From positions 186,001 to 250,000 of the IMG/VR virus record IMGVR_UViG_3300030019_000003: DNA of 64,000 nt; one strand, 5' to 3'. The number at the start of each line of letters is the position of its first letter. The first letter of the stretch is position 1. A program made the translations under genes and the position numbers. Below the pieces are notes generated by a model. It was not told where the DNA came from, did no database searches, and worked only from the letters and a program-made list of their open reading frames with translations. Positions 1-9,394 of this stretch are shown in pieces.

Positions 1-5
1 GCGAT

Positions 6-656
6 ATGATGAGCAGTAATGGGCTATTAACAGCAGAGTCTATAGCTGAAGTAAAAAGGATTCTTAATACAAAAGAATACTATATTACTCCAGACGGTGA
101 AGCTACCTATACTATAGCTACAGATACTTTAGAATATGTTATGGCTCATTTATCAGATACTAGTCTATTATCTAAGGTATATCAATTTCAAGAGCTAACA
201 GATTTCATACCTGTTGATAAACTTTGCACCGCTTTAACAAAAATTTATAATACTTCTTTTGGTCATAATGAAACTGTAGAAACATTTAAAAAATGGTTAG
301 AGACACGAATATACCGAGAAGGTGATGAAGTTGATGTTGTTGCTAATGGTAAAGGTGATATATACGGATATGGTAGATACCGAGAATTTAATAAAGGTAC
401 AGAGATTTACTCACCTCTTTCTAAAACTAAGAGATATGGTTTTATTTCAGATCTAGCCAGTGTTGTTAAAGGAACTGGTACTAAGATACTAAACCATATA
501 TTAACCGAAGTAGATACTAAGAAAATAGATGTGATGCTTTTAGCTAGAACTGAAAGTCTTATACCTTACTATGAGAAATTTGGATTTAAAGTTGTTGATG
601 CTAAAGGTGTCAATGTAAAGATAACTAAACCTTTGATGGTGAGGTACGCACAGTAA
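6..656 (+). CDS. GNAT-family acetyltransferase domain protein (may begin upstream of the window)
   Basis: C-terminal GFISDLASVVKGTGTKILNHIL...LIPYYEKFGF matches GNAT motif A/B (acetyl-CoA loop and YxxxGF). Confidence 0.6.
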   Translation: MMSSNGLLTAESIAEVKRILNTKEYYITPDGEATYTIATDTLEYVMAHLSDTSLLSKVYQFQELTDFIPVDKLCTALTKIYNTSFGHNETVETFKKWLETRIYREGDEVDVVANGKGDIYGYGRYREFNKGTEIYSPLSKTKRYGFISDLASVVKGTGTKILNHILTEVDTKKIDVMLLARTESLIPYYEKFGFKVVDAKGVNVKITKPLMVRYAQ

Positions 657-1078
657 TGGCAACGTTAGTAGAAATTGACAAACTTGATGTTAAATTTCTA
701 AACAACCTTGATAGTGAACGTTTTGATAGGAGATATGCCTGTAACGATAGCGGACAAGTCTATTTGATTAAACAAGATGGTGGGAAGACATGGGTTGCGC
801 AACCCATGTCACCCTTTGTCACTCGCGATGGTTATGTAGAATATGTTTTAACGTCTATAACTAAAAGAAAGATACATATACAGGCGCAACGTATCGTTGC
901 TGGGTTATATTGTAAAAAGAAACCTGGTTGTAATTATGTTAATCATAAGAATGGTATTCGTTACGATAACCACTATAAGAATTTAGAGTGGGTTACCCAA
1001 TCTGATAATATTAAACATTCTTATAGAGTTTTAAGAACACGCTGGAATAGTAAAGCCAGTAAGTTTGAATTGTATTAA
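656..1078 (+). CDS. Free-standing HNH homing endonuclease (HNH_3/NUMOD-type)
   Basis: YVNHKNGIRYDNHYKNLEWVTQSDNIKH is the classic phage HNH motif; ATG overlaps the upstream stop. Confidence 0.85.
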   Translation: MATLVEIDKLDVKFLNNLDSERFDRRYACNDSGQVYLIKQDGGKTWVAQPMSPFVTRDGYVEYVLTSITKRKIHIQAQRIVAGLYCKKKPGCNYVNHKNGIRYDNHYKNLEWVTQSDNIKHSYRVLRTRWNSKASKFELY

Positions 1079-1124
1079 TTTTTGAACATATATTATTAAC
1101 ATAGAACAGCTCAAAGGAACAGTA

Positions 1125-1442
1125 ATGTCTGTGAAGTTTGTTTGTGTCGATTGTAGTGAGATTTTTGAAGCAGCCTCTATAGAGGATATTGCTTTAAGAG
1201 AAAAAAGGTGCGGCTATTGCTATAGCTGTTATATACAAAGTAAACGTTCTGGCTTAAGAGATTTACAACTACGGAAGGAAAAGGTTATACATGTTGATGA
1301 TAAGCACAAATTAAAGCATATTTTCATATGTTCAAATTGTGGTACATCGACTAAGCCACTTTCAGTTCCACCTCATAAGTGTCCAGAGTGTTTTAAAAAA
1401 GCATTTAAAAAACAAAAGGAGTGCGTCCATGTTATTATTTAG
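1125..1442 (+). CDS. Multi-zinc-finger protein
   Basis: CVDC, CGYC, CSNC and CPEC pairs; AAGGA RBS upstream. Confidence 0.6.
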   Translation: MSVKFVCVDCSEIFEAASIEDIALREKRCGYCYSCYIQSKRSGLRDLQLRKEKVIHVDDKHKLKHIFICSNCGTSTKPLSVPPHKCPECFKKAFKKQKECVHVII

Positions 1443-1737
1443 CCAATTACCGCAAGAAGAAAGAACTGAGATTACAGACACGCTGAGCGAAAGATTTACA
1501 GAGTTATTAGAACACAATGTAAAAGACTTTAAAGTTGTTTCAACAATACCAATGGGCGAAGAGACAGCCTATGATTATGAATCTGCTAGCGAATTCTTAG
1601 ATATTGAAAATCTAAGCGAATTATCAAAAGACTGCTCTATTGAAGCATTAGTAAATCTTTTGTACTATCTCAGCGAGTCTAAAAACCTTACAGTTGCTTT
1701 GAACTTTGTTCCAGGTAACTTCATCGTTCTGGAATAA
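1429..1737 (+). CDS. Hypothetical protein, probable paralog of the next ORF
   Basis: Start revised from 1339 to ATG 1429 (AAGGAG at 1416-1421); ends LLYYLS...NFVPGNFIVLE. Confidence 0.7.
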   Translation: MLLFSQLPQEERTEITDTLSERFTELLEHNVKDFKVVSTIPMGEETAYDYESASEFLDIENLSELSKDCSIEALVNLLYYLSESKNLTVALNFVPGNFIVLE

Positions 1738-1742
1738 CTGCC

Positions 1743-2045
1743 ATGGTGTATGGTGATATACCTAGACCATTATCGGATACGTTTAAAAAACACATTACTG
1801 AAGCAGTTAATCGTATGGTAATGGATCAGCCAAATCTTATCATTGAGAGTGCTGAAGAAGAGGCGTTATTTAATCGTAAAGTCGCAGCTAGGTATTTAAA
1901 ACTAGCTCCGATAATGCCTTCTGGAAATGAACCTATTTATAATATTGTTTCTTCCCAACATCTTGCTGGGTTACAATATTATATCAGTACGTGTGGTGAC
2001 CAGGATTTAATGTTCGATCTTATCCCAGGAAACTTTCTAATTTAA
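1743..2045 (+). CDS. Hypothetical protein, probable paralog of the previous ORF
   Basis: 100 aa; ends LQYYIS...DLIPGNFLI. Confidence 0.7.
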   Translation: MVYGDIPRPLSDTFKKHITEAVNRMVMDQPNLIIESAEEEALFNRKVAARYLKLAPIMPSGNEPIYNIVSSQHLAGLQYYISTCGDQDLMFDLIPGNFLI

Positions 2046-2065
2046 AAATAAAATAAGGAATATCA

Positions 2066-3103
2066 ATGTCTAACAAAATTGTAATTCATGCGTGCGGTGG
2101 TGCTGCCATCTCTGTTAGTAGTAAAGTTATCATGGCTAATCTTCCAGTAGGTTTTGGTTATGCTGAAGTAGATATTCACGCTGTTGATACTACTGATGCT
2201 GACTATAAAGATTCAAATCTTCTGAACCCATTATGGCTTATCAGTGGTGATTCACACTCTAAAGGTGTTATCAATGGTTCCGGTGGTGAAAGAGGTGAGA
2301 ACCTAAATGACATCAAAGCAGGTATTCCTAACTATCTTGATGACAAAGGTTTTAAACATCTTAAAGATGGCGAGTTTCATATTGTTATGTCAGCCCTTGG
2401 TGGTGGTTCTGGATCAGTTATAGGACCTATTATTTACAAAGGTCTTGCTGAGAGAAACATTCCTACGATCTATATCGGTATTGGCGATTCTAGAGATTTC
2501 CTACACGGTAATCACACCATCAACACTATCAAAACATTAGAGTCATTTGCTAAAAAAGCAGCTAAAGCATGCAGCTTTATTTATCTTAATAACACGACTG
2601 CTGATAAGGTGATGAATGTTGGTGAGGAAAAAGTCAATATGGAGATTAAAAATATCCTAACCGGGTTAACAATCTTCTTATCTGGTGAGAATCAGTCTTT
2701 GGATAATAAAGATATGATTAACCTCATGTGTATGGACGAGTATACCTCTATCGATATTCAACCAGGTATTTATGGTTTGAGTTTAGTGTCTAAAGTCCCT
2801 ACGCCACCAACAGGTTCTATCCCATTGGTAGCTAGGACATTGACGATTCCAAACATAAGTCCTGATCTTAACATTCAGACTTTCCATCACAAGTACGGCT
2901 ATGTTAAATCCCCAGAAATCATTGAGATCGTTGAAAAACAACTACCATTACATCTTATCAGCTATGGTAATGTTTTCGGTGCCATTACTCGTGAGATTAA
3001 CGAGATGGTATCAAAACAAAAAGAAGTGATCAGCTCTATCGTATATGATGGTGTTACTGGATCAGACAGCGCTACTGCAGACGATGACGGTATGTTTATT
3101 TAA
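2066..3103 (+). CDS. phuZ: Phage tubulin PhuZ (TubZ/FtsZ family; phiKZ gp39-like)
   Basis: ACGGAA N-terminal loop, GSGGERG, tubulin signature GGGSGS, acidic DDDGMFI C-terminal tail; AAGGA RBS. Confidence 0.92.
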   Translation: MSNKIVIHACGGAAISVSSKVIMANLPVGFGYAEVDIHAVDTTDADYKDSNLLNPLWLISGDSHSKGVINGSGGERGENLNDIKAGIPNYLDDKGFKHLKDGEFHIVMSALGGGSGSVIGPIIYKGLAERNIPTIYIGIGDSRDFLHGNHTINTIKTLESFAKKAAKACSFIYLNNTTADKVMNVGEEKVNMEIKNILTGLTIFLSGENQSLDNKDMINLMCMDEYTSIDIQPGIYGLSLVSKVPTPPTGSIPLVARTLTIPNISPDLNIQTFHHKYGYVKSPEIIEIVEKQLPLHLISYGNVFGAITREINEMVSKQKEVISSIVYDGVTGSDSATADDDGMFI

Positions 3104-3111
3104 TGTCAAAC

Positions 3112-3147
3112 TAACACTATAGAGAGGGAAGCCTCTCTATAGTGTTA
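3112..3147. terminator. 16-bp stem hairpin after phuZ
   Basis: TAACACTATAGAGAGG-gaag-CCTCTCTATAGTGTTA followed by a T-rich tract. Confidence 0.8.
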
Positions 3148-3198
3148 TGAATATTTTTTCTATTTCAGGTGTATATATGATAAGAGGGGGGAGTATCT

Positions 3199-3585
3199 AT
3201 GGTCACTTATAATAATACAACAGATTGCTTATTAGTAATAGATATCGATGATGTACTATTTTCACTCATAAACAATCTAAGAGAACGCAATATTGGAATA
3301 CTAAAAAAACATGTTGATACTATTGTACTGAACTCAATTGTCTATAGTTTAAACATGTTTGGATATTTTACAGTAAACTATGAACCTCCATTAACACCAA
3401 GATCTTTTAGTGTTATGCGGGGTAGGAATCTTATTTATGATTTCTATACTAGCATACGTGAAACTATGCTATCTAAAATCTTTAGTATACTTTCAAGTAC
3501 TCCATTAGTTTTTAATAAAGCTTACTTTATACGGGCTATAACTGTCAATACAAAAATATTCATAATATTAACAACTGAAAGGTAA
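3199..3585 (+). CDS. Hypothetical protein
   Basis: ORF with GGAG RBS; first gene of a tightly packed run. Confidence 0.65.
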   Translation: MVTYNNTTDCLLVIDIDDVLFSLINNLRERNIGILKKHVDTIVLNSIVYSLNMFGYFTVNYEPPLTPRSFSVMRGRNLIYDFYTSIRETMLSKIFSILSSTPLVFNKAYFIRAITVNTKIFIILTTER

Positions 3586-3590
3586 TACCT

Positions 3591-4304
3591 ATGGGTAGTG
3601 AATCACATGTACACAATACTGAATACCGTGAAGAAGAAGGACTCTGCGTTATACGCTATACGCGTAACCCAATGCTTTTGGAAAACAACTATATTATTCG
3701 TGAACAAAAAGCTCCGCACCGAACTGTCATTATTGATATTGACAATGAGCTCATCGTTATAGAAAATATACTTAAAAAATATATTCCAACTTCAAAATAC
3801 TGGTGGTTTACAGCGTCTACACGTTATCCTTTAACAGTAGAAGAAAAAATAGCATACTCTGAAACACATAAGATAGTTAACACGCCTTATTATCCTTTTA
3901 TAGGATTGCCTATCGTATTAGAGATACTTAAAAATATGGCTGTTGTAAACAGTGATGCTTATGAGCTATATTTTGGTAATCCTGTGCTAGATAAAAAAGA
4001 AGCTATCGTGTATGCCAATAGGGATAGAGTTAATACACAGCATGTTAATATAGTATTAGACTATATCGAAGATAACTCATCTGTTAATCTTAGGAATAGT
4101 GAACTTCTGAATGATGTGTCCTTTATAGTCAAGATTGTTGAAGAATTATTTACAAATAAGATAGCTTCTTTAGCGGCTGCATTTACAACGCACATCATTG
4201 ATTTTAATGTTACTGGCAAGTATGTTGTTATGTACAGTTATGGCGAAGCAGGATTAATTAGACTAGATGAAGCTACGGAGGTGATACGTGAGCGAGTATC
4301 TTAA
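3591..4304 (+). CDS. Hypothetical protein
   Basis: 237-aa ORF, AAGG RBS, overlaps the next gene. Confidence 0.7.
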   Translation: MGSESHVHNTEYREEEGLCVIRYTRNPMLLENNYIIREQKAPHRTVIIDIDNELIVIENILKKYIPTSKYWWFTASTRYPLTVEEKIAYSETHKIVNTPYYPFIGLPIVLEILKNMAVVNSDAYELYFGNPVLDKKEAIVYANRDRVNTQHVNIVLDYIEDNSSVNLRNSELLNDVSFIVKIVEELFTNKIASLAAAFTTHIIDFNVTGKYVVMYSYGEAGLIRLDEATEVIRERVS

Positions 4305-4875
4305 TAACCCAGATGTTCTTTACAGTATAGAGGATATGTACAGCCCTAAGAAAGCTAAAAAAGAGATGTTGGTTATACCTGCGGATATGCTACTTGAATT
4401 ACTTCCTGAGAAGTTCCTGCCATTATGCACTACTGCATACGCAGTTTTAACTTCAGATGAAAAGAATATGATACAAGCTGGTTTACTGGAAGGTCTTATA
4501 CGATTTATCACTACCTTTGGTTATGACGATTTATCAGTATGCCGAGTTAACCAACAATTTGTAAATACCTTTATTTCTATTTACTCTTATATTACAGAGA
4601 TACACTTTATAACGTATAATATTCTTGATATATCCTTAACAGAGAGTCAGGTGTACGAATATGTTTTCTTATTGAGACAAGCTGTTAATGATTTGCTACA
4701 TAATAATAACGTTGGATATAAAGATCTATCCGCAGCTGAGGATCCATCTGAGTTTAACATGTGCATGAAGTATTATGTTTATCTTGATGCTGATATTTCG
4801 TTAATAACAGATAACCATAAGAAGCAACCTTATTGTAACCTGTTTATAAAAAGGGTTACCTGTGCGCGAAATTAA
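4288..4875 (+). CDS. Hypothetical protein
   Basis: GTG start with GGAGG upstream; coupled to neighbours. Confidence 0.7.
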   Translation: MSEYLNNPDVLYSIEDMYSPKKAKKEMLVIPADMLLELLPEKFLPLCTTAYAVLTSDEKNMIQAGLLEGLIRFITTFGYDDLSVCRVNQQFVNTFISIYSYITEIHFITYNILDISLTESQVYEYVFLLRQAVNDLLHNNNVGYKDLSAAEDPSEFNMCMKYYVYLDADISLITDNHKKQPYCNLFIKRVTCARN

Positions 4876-5302
4876 AACAACCGTTATTGAAATTAACCTA
4901 ACAAGGCTTATGGGTCTAACTGGCAATATGATCCAAGACAGTCCAATAGAGTTGGAACTTATACCCTTATATAAGTATAGACATACAGAGGATAGCAACA
5001 CGTACACATTGTTCACAAACATCGTATTAGAAAAGTTATATGGCTCTGTTAAAAACTATACCCTAAGTGATATATACACGTTCATACCTAAAAAACGTTA
5101 TGAACATTGTTTCTTAAACTTTGTTCATACGTTGGAGATATTTATACTTAATAAGATACGACCTAATCCACTGGATATTGTGTTTCTTAAGTATAAAGTA
5201 TTTACTAAAGAAAGTATCATTGCTATCTTTAGAGTTGATTTTCTTAAGGAGAATTATAATGACGCTTTACCCATCGCTACTGACTCAGTATGTGCCGGAT
5301 AA
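4862..5302 (+). CDS. Hypothetical protein
   Basis: GTG start overlapping the upstream ORF end. Confidence 0.65.
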   Translation: MREIKTTVIEINLTRLMGLTGNMIQDSPIELELIPLYKYRHTEDSNTYTLFTNIVLEKLYGSVKNYTLSDIYTFIPKKRYEHCFLNFVHTLEIFILNKIRPNPLDIVFLKYKVFTKESIIAIFRVDFLKENYNDALPIATDSVCAG

Positions 5303-5768
5303 GATATCGTTTCTAGAATTTTCAGCAGTAGATCTATCTGACTTTGCCAATATTATTATGGGGGTACTTTCTAAAAACTACTCATATGACAAGGGCACAC
5401 TTCTTAATATTACTTTTTGTTTATTAGAATATGTTGCGATGGATTCAACTGAAGAAAATACTGATGCTGATACAGGGTTCTCTATTATTAGTTATCATAT
5501 GGAATACACCTTTGGATATAAAGTAACTGAGAAAGTATTAAGAAAACTATCGCCTGTCTTTGAACAAGCTTTAAAACGTATTCGAATCGTTACATCCACA
5601 TGCTTTAAAGACAATAACTCTGTTACTCCAAAATGCTGGCTGTATGACGATATGACAGGTACGTTTAAACTCTATCTCTTATCAGAGAGAAAGTATAAAT
5701 ATAACAGTGAGCTAATTGTTAATATTGCCGATAGAGTATATGATAGCATTCATAAGATAAGGAATTAA
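5259..5768 (+). CDS. Hypothetical protein
   Basis: Start revised from 5121 to ATG 5259 (AAGGAG at 5246-5251). Confidence 0.65.
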   Translation: MTLYPSLLTQYVPDKISFLEFSAVDLSDFANIIMGVLSKNYSYDKGTLLNITFCLLEYVAMDSTEENTDADTGFSIISYHMEYTFGYKVTEKVLRKLSPVFEQALKRIRIVTSTCFKDNNSVTPKCWLYDDMTGTFKLYLLSERKYKYNSELIVNIADRVYDSIHKIRN

Positions 5769-5769
5769 A

Positions 5770-6273
5770 ATGACCGATTTATCCTTAACCTTATATGGTG
5801 CTGAGGAGTATAAGCAGACTAAGTTTGAATATGAGGAAGGTATTAGATATACTATTGATTTAACCGATATTTTTATCATTCATGAGCATCTCTTTAAAGA
5901 AGAGGGTATGTCCATTACCGATACTGTTATGACGTTTAAATTTCTAGTAGAAGAGTACCTCCTAGCCATACGAGAACATGCAGATGTAAATACTTTTTTA
6001 CAAGCAAGTAAAAGTGATTGGTTTGCTTTGAAGTACGCAACCTGGGCAAGTGAGAATATTGTTGAGATACCTGATGTATCACATCATGGATTTATGAAAC
6101 TTTATACTGAACCTTTTTATTATCAAAAATTGATAGGTGAAATCACTGAACGTATTTTACTTCTTTGCAATCCAGATGATCTTGGCCGTAGATTAATAAC
6201 AATACCTGAAGAATGGTATATCATGCATAATAAGCATGATATTGTTTTTGTAAAATTAAAACTAATACTGTAA
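5770..6273 (+). CDS. Hypothetical protein
   Basis: AAGGA RBS; abuts the previous stop. Confidence 0.65.
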   Translation: MTDLSLTLYGAEEYKQTKFEYEEGIRYTIDLTDIFIIHEHLFKEEGMSITDTVMTFKFLVEEYLLAIREHADVNTFLQASKSDWFALKYATWASENIVEIPDVSHHGFMKLYTEPFYYQKLIGEITERILLLCNPDDLGRRLITIPEEWYIMHNKHDIVFVKLKLIL

Positions 6274-6283
6274 GGAGTATCCT

Positions 6284-6661
6284 ATGAATGATAAACAGTA
6301 TCTTCATATACCACATCCAGAGATGTTAACAATGTATTTGACATCTAACGGTATCATGATGCATACAGAGTTTACTAAAGTATTTTACGAAGAAGTACTT
6401 CATCTTGGTCCATCACGTATTTATGACACTGTTGGAGATGACTTTAGAGCTCTTCTAGAAGATAAGACTTATAGGTTAGCCCTGCAGAAAACTCCCTTAG
6501 GTTTGGTTGAGTGTGAAAAAGTTATCAAGACTACTTTGGATGTACTACTACAATATATCCCTATAAGTCGTATAACCGATTATATTCATATCATCGACAT
6601 TAAAGATACGCTCATTAATCTTGAGCTTGAAACTATTAATCTTGAATTAGAAAAAACATAG
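6284..6661 (+). CDS. Hypothetical protein
   Basis: AAGGAG RBS. Confidence 0.65.
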   Translation: MNDKQYLHIPHPEMLTMYLTSNGIMMHTEFTKVFYEEVLHLGPSRIYDTVGDDFRALLEDKTYRLALQKTPLGLVECEKVIKTTLDVLLQYIPISRITDYIHIIDIKDTLINLELETINLELEKT

Positions 6662-6670
6662 GAGTGACAC

Positions 6671-7075
6671 GTGGCTGAAGCAAAAACTTTCGAGTTAGGT
6701 AAGAGTTATGATTTTGAAACCCTAGCTCCCATTATATTAAATGCTAGTTATAAAAACGTCAGAGTTTTACAGATGATGCTTGCAGAGAAGGCTATAACTG
6801 AAGGTGATGTTGTCACAACACATGAGGTTTTAAAAGCGTATATCTCTGGATTACCAAACTCTATAAATGATTGTTCTTTTATACAATTTGTTACTCAAGA
6901 TGGTGTTGAGTTTATTCTTGCTAAAGAATATATCAATCCTTACAGTATCGTACAAGTTACTAAAACAAATCTTGTGTTAACTGCCGTTAGTGTAACCTCT
7001 ACGGATATCGCTAACGTCTTAAATGTCGTAAAAGAACTCGGTATTAGTTATACCTATACTACAGTAACAGAGTAG
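6671..7075 (+). CDS. Hypothetical protein, resembles a conserved phiKZ-like ORF found near the DNA polymerase
   Basis: GTG start with AGGAG; G(K)SYDFETLAPIIL motif recalled from phiKZ-like phages. Confidence 0.6.
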   Translation: MAEAKTFELGKSYDFETLAPIILNASYKNVRVLQMMLAEKAITEGDVVTTHEVLKAYISGLPNSINDCSFIQFVTQDGVEFILAKEYINPYSIVQVTKTNLVLTAVSVTSTDIANVLNVVKELGISYTYTTVTE

Positions 7076-7100
7076 ATCCTTTAAGGATCTACTCTGTTAC
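7064..7100. terminator. 18-bp-arm palindrome overlapping the stop codon
   Basis: GTAACAGAGTAGATCCTT-t-AAGGATCTACTCTGTTAC. Confidence 0.8.
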
Positions 7101-7174
7101 AATTTTCCTCACAGCTTTCTTTTTTGATTTAGGCACTAGTATGAAAATATGAGTTAAAACACAAGGGGAAATAT

Positions 7175-9373
7175 ATGGATTCTGAAGTAACAGATATTAA
7201 TAATCTATATAATGAAAAGTATGATCCGTATATATTTAAACGTGCCAATACGGCTTATGATATTCATCTTTCACCTGTAAGTGAGTATTTTAAACAAAGT
7301 ACCTCTTATATTAGTAAGATGACAGGTATGTCAGATGAGCTAGCTAATAAATGGGTTAAAAAAGCTTTAAAAACATTTAAATTAAAAAATCCAGAAGTAA
7401 CCTATAATGAGAAACAAGAAAATGGTGATATGGAAGTTAGTAGTTGTAAACTTACAGATTATATTAAAAATGTTTTAGCTTCAGGAGATGTTGTCGTACC
7501 CTCTTTTACAACATACATGCATCCTAGCAAAGAGAAAAGTCTACACGCTGACTTCTTGTCTATCAACATTGCTGCACGTAAATCTGATAAGAAGATGTCT
7601 CATAAGTTTGAACAAGCTTCAGAATCTGAAACAGCAACTCCTTCTGAAAAAGCTACTGCTAAAGATAAAGCATTATACTATGAGGTTATGCAGAAAACTC
7701 GTAAGGTTGCAAACAACTCATTATCAGGAGCATATGCTAGTAAATCATCTATCTTATTCAATCCATCAGCGCACTATACCTTAACCAGTATGACACGTTG
7801 TGTCGCTAGTATTGGTAATGCCATTACTGAATCTATGGTAGCAGGTAATAAGATGTTTAAAACACCCCAGGTAGTTTTAAATTATTTGGTTGCTATTGTA
7901 AGTAATATTAGTAAAGCTAAGGTTAACTATGCTTTACACAAATATAACTTACATGTTCCTACGCCAGAAGAGATTCTTAAAAGTATTAAACTAAGTTCTG
8001 ATAGGTATTGGCTTAACGCTGAGACAGATCAAGAGGTACTTGATTATTTAAATAAACTTGATGATGCTGAAAGAGCTGCTGTGCTCTATACTAACGATAT
8101 GTGGAATATGCGTAACTATAATGAAGATGTTGTGCGTATCCTAATAAGGCGAATGATTAAACGTGTTGAAAAAGGTTCCGTTAACCAACTTGATGATTTA
8201 TACCATTCACCTGAAGGTGTTACAACTACAGCTCACTTTATTTGTGCTAATGAAATCAAAGGTAAGAATATAGAATACGATAAGATGGTTGGATCAGAAT
8301 TATTAGAAACATTAGCCTCTACAACACGTAATATTTCTACGTGGTTGATATATTATAAACCTTTAATAGAAGCTTTCTTTACAACAGATATTTTACCATT
8401 GGATATTACCTATATTAGAGAGATGCTGCGTGATGTTATCGTGTTATCAGATACTGATAGTACATGTGGCTCTTACGATGAATGGGTACGTTGGTATTGT
8501 GGTGAGGATAACTTTGAAACGGTAGGGTCGTCTGTTGCGGCATGTGTTATGATGTTTAATACACAAGCTATGGATCATAACATTAAACAGTTTGCACGTA
8601 ATATGAATATTGATCCTGATAGGGTAGAACTTCTTAAGATGAAAAATGAATTCTATTGGCCAGTGTTTATTACGGCTAATAAGAATAAACATTATTTTGC
8701 TATGACCGCTGTTAAAGAAGGTAATGTTTTTGCTAAACCGAAACTAGAACGTAAAGGCGTCCATCTTATTGCTTCTGCTATTGATCAAGATCTTGTTAAA
8801 GTAAGTGAAGAGATGATGATAGAGGTCTCTAATAAGATTATTAAAAGAGAAGGTATTAATCTTTTTAGTTATGTTAAAAGAATAGCAGATATAGAAAGAG
8901 AGATTATACGTAAAATAGATAGCGGCGCTGTTAGTATGTATAAGCTTGAAAAAGTTAAGAATAAAGATAGCTACAAGAACGATGAAGACAAATCTCCTTA
9001 TATGCATCACATTGTATGGCGAGAGGTCTTTGCTGCCAAATATGGGTCAGCAGGTGATCCTATGTACATGGTTGTTAAAATACCTTTAAAAATAAAAGGT
9101 AAGAATGAATTGAAAGCATTTATGGAAAGTATCAAAGATACTGATATACGTGAACGTTGGTTGAAACTACTGGATGATTATGATAAAGATAGTATTGGTA
9201 CTTTTAAACCTCCTGTTATGATTGTGAATACACGTGGTATTCCTGAAGAAGTCAAAGCGGTTATTGATATTAAACGTATTGTTTTTGATAACTGTACCGT
9301 ATTCTATAACATCCTAGAGTCATTAGGCTTTTATAGAAAACCTAAGATGATGATTTGTGAGATGGGTTACTAG
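7175..9373 (+). CDS. Family B DNA polymerase, polymerase half of a split enzyme (phiKZ gp50-like)
   Basis: RKVANNSLSGAY (motif B-like KxxxNS) and LSDTDS (motif C); NKNKHY and KLERKG; no 3'-5' exonuclease motifs seen. Confidence 0.88.
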   Translation: MDSEVTDINNLYNEKYDPYIFKRANTAYDIHLSPVSEYFKQSTSYISKMTGMSDELANKWVKKALKTFKLKNPEVTYNEKQENGDMEVSSCKLTDYIKNVLASGDVVVPSFTTYMHPSKEKSLHADFLSINIAARKSDKKMSHKFEQASESETATPSEKATAKDKALYYEVMQKTRKVANNSLSGAYASKSSILFNPSAHYTLTSMTRCVASIGNAITESMVAGNKMFKTPQVVLNYLVAIVSNISKAKVNYALHKYNLHVPTPEEILKSIKLSSDRYWLNAETDQEVLDYLNKLDDAERAAVLYTNDMWNMRNYNEDVVRILIRRMIKRVEKGSVNQLDDLYHSPEGVTTTAHFICANEIKGKNIEYDKMVGSELLETLASTTRNISTWLIYYKPLIEAFFTTDILPLDITYIREMLRDVIVLSDTDSTCGSYDEWVRWYCGEDNFETVGSSVAACVMMFNTQAMDHNIKQFARNMNIDPDRVELLKMKNEFYWPVFITANKNKHYFAMTAVKEGNVFAKPKLERKGVHLIASAIDQDLVKVSEEMMIEVSNKIIKREGINLFSYVKRIADIEREIIRKIDSGAVSMYKLEKVKNKDSYKNDEDKSPYMHHIVWREVFAAKYGSAGDPMYMVVKIPLKIKGKNELKAFMESIKDTDIRERWLKLLDDYDKDSIGTFKPPVMIVNTRGIPEEVKAVIDIKRIVFDNCTVFYNILESLGFYRKPKMMICEMGY

Positions 9374-9394
9374 TTTAAATAAAAAAGGAATAAC

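Noticed and set aside
6619-6651. Repeated INLELE coding unit
   Set aside because: A two-copy micro-duplication at a C-terminus; no function supported.
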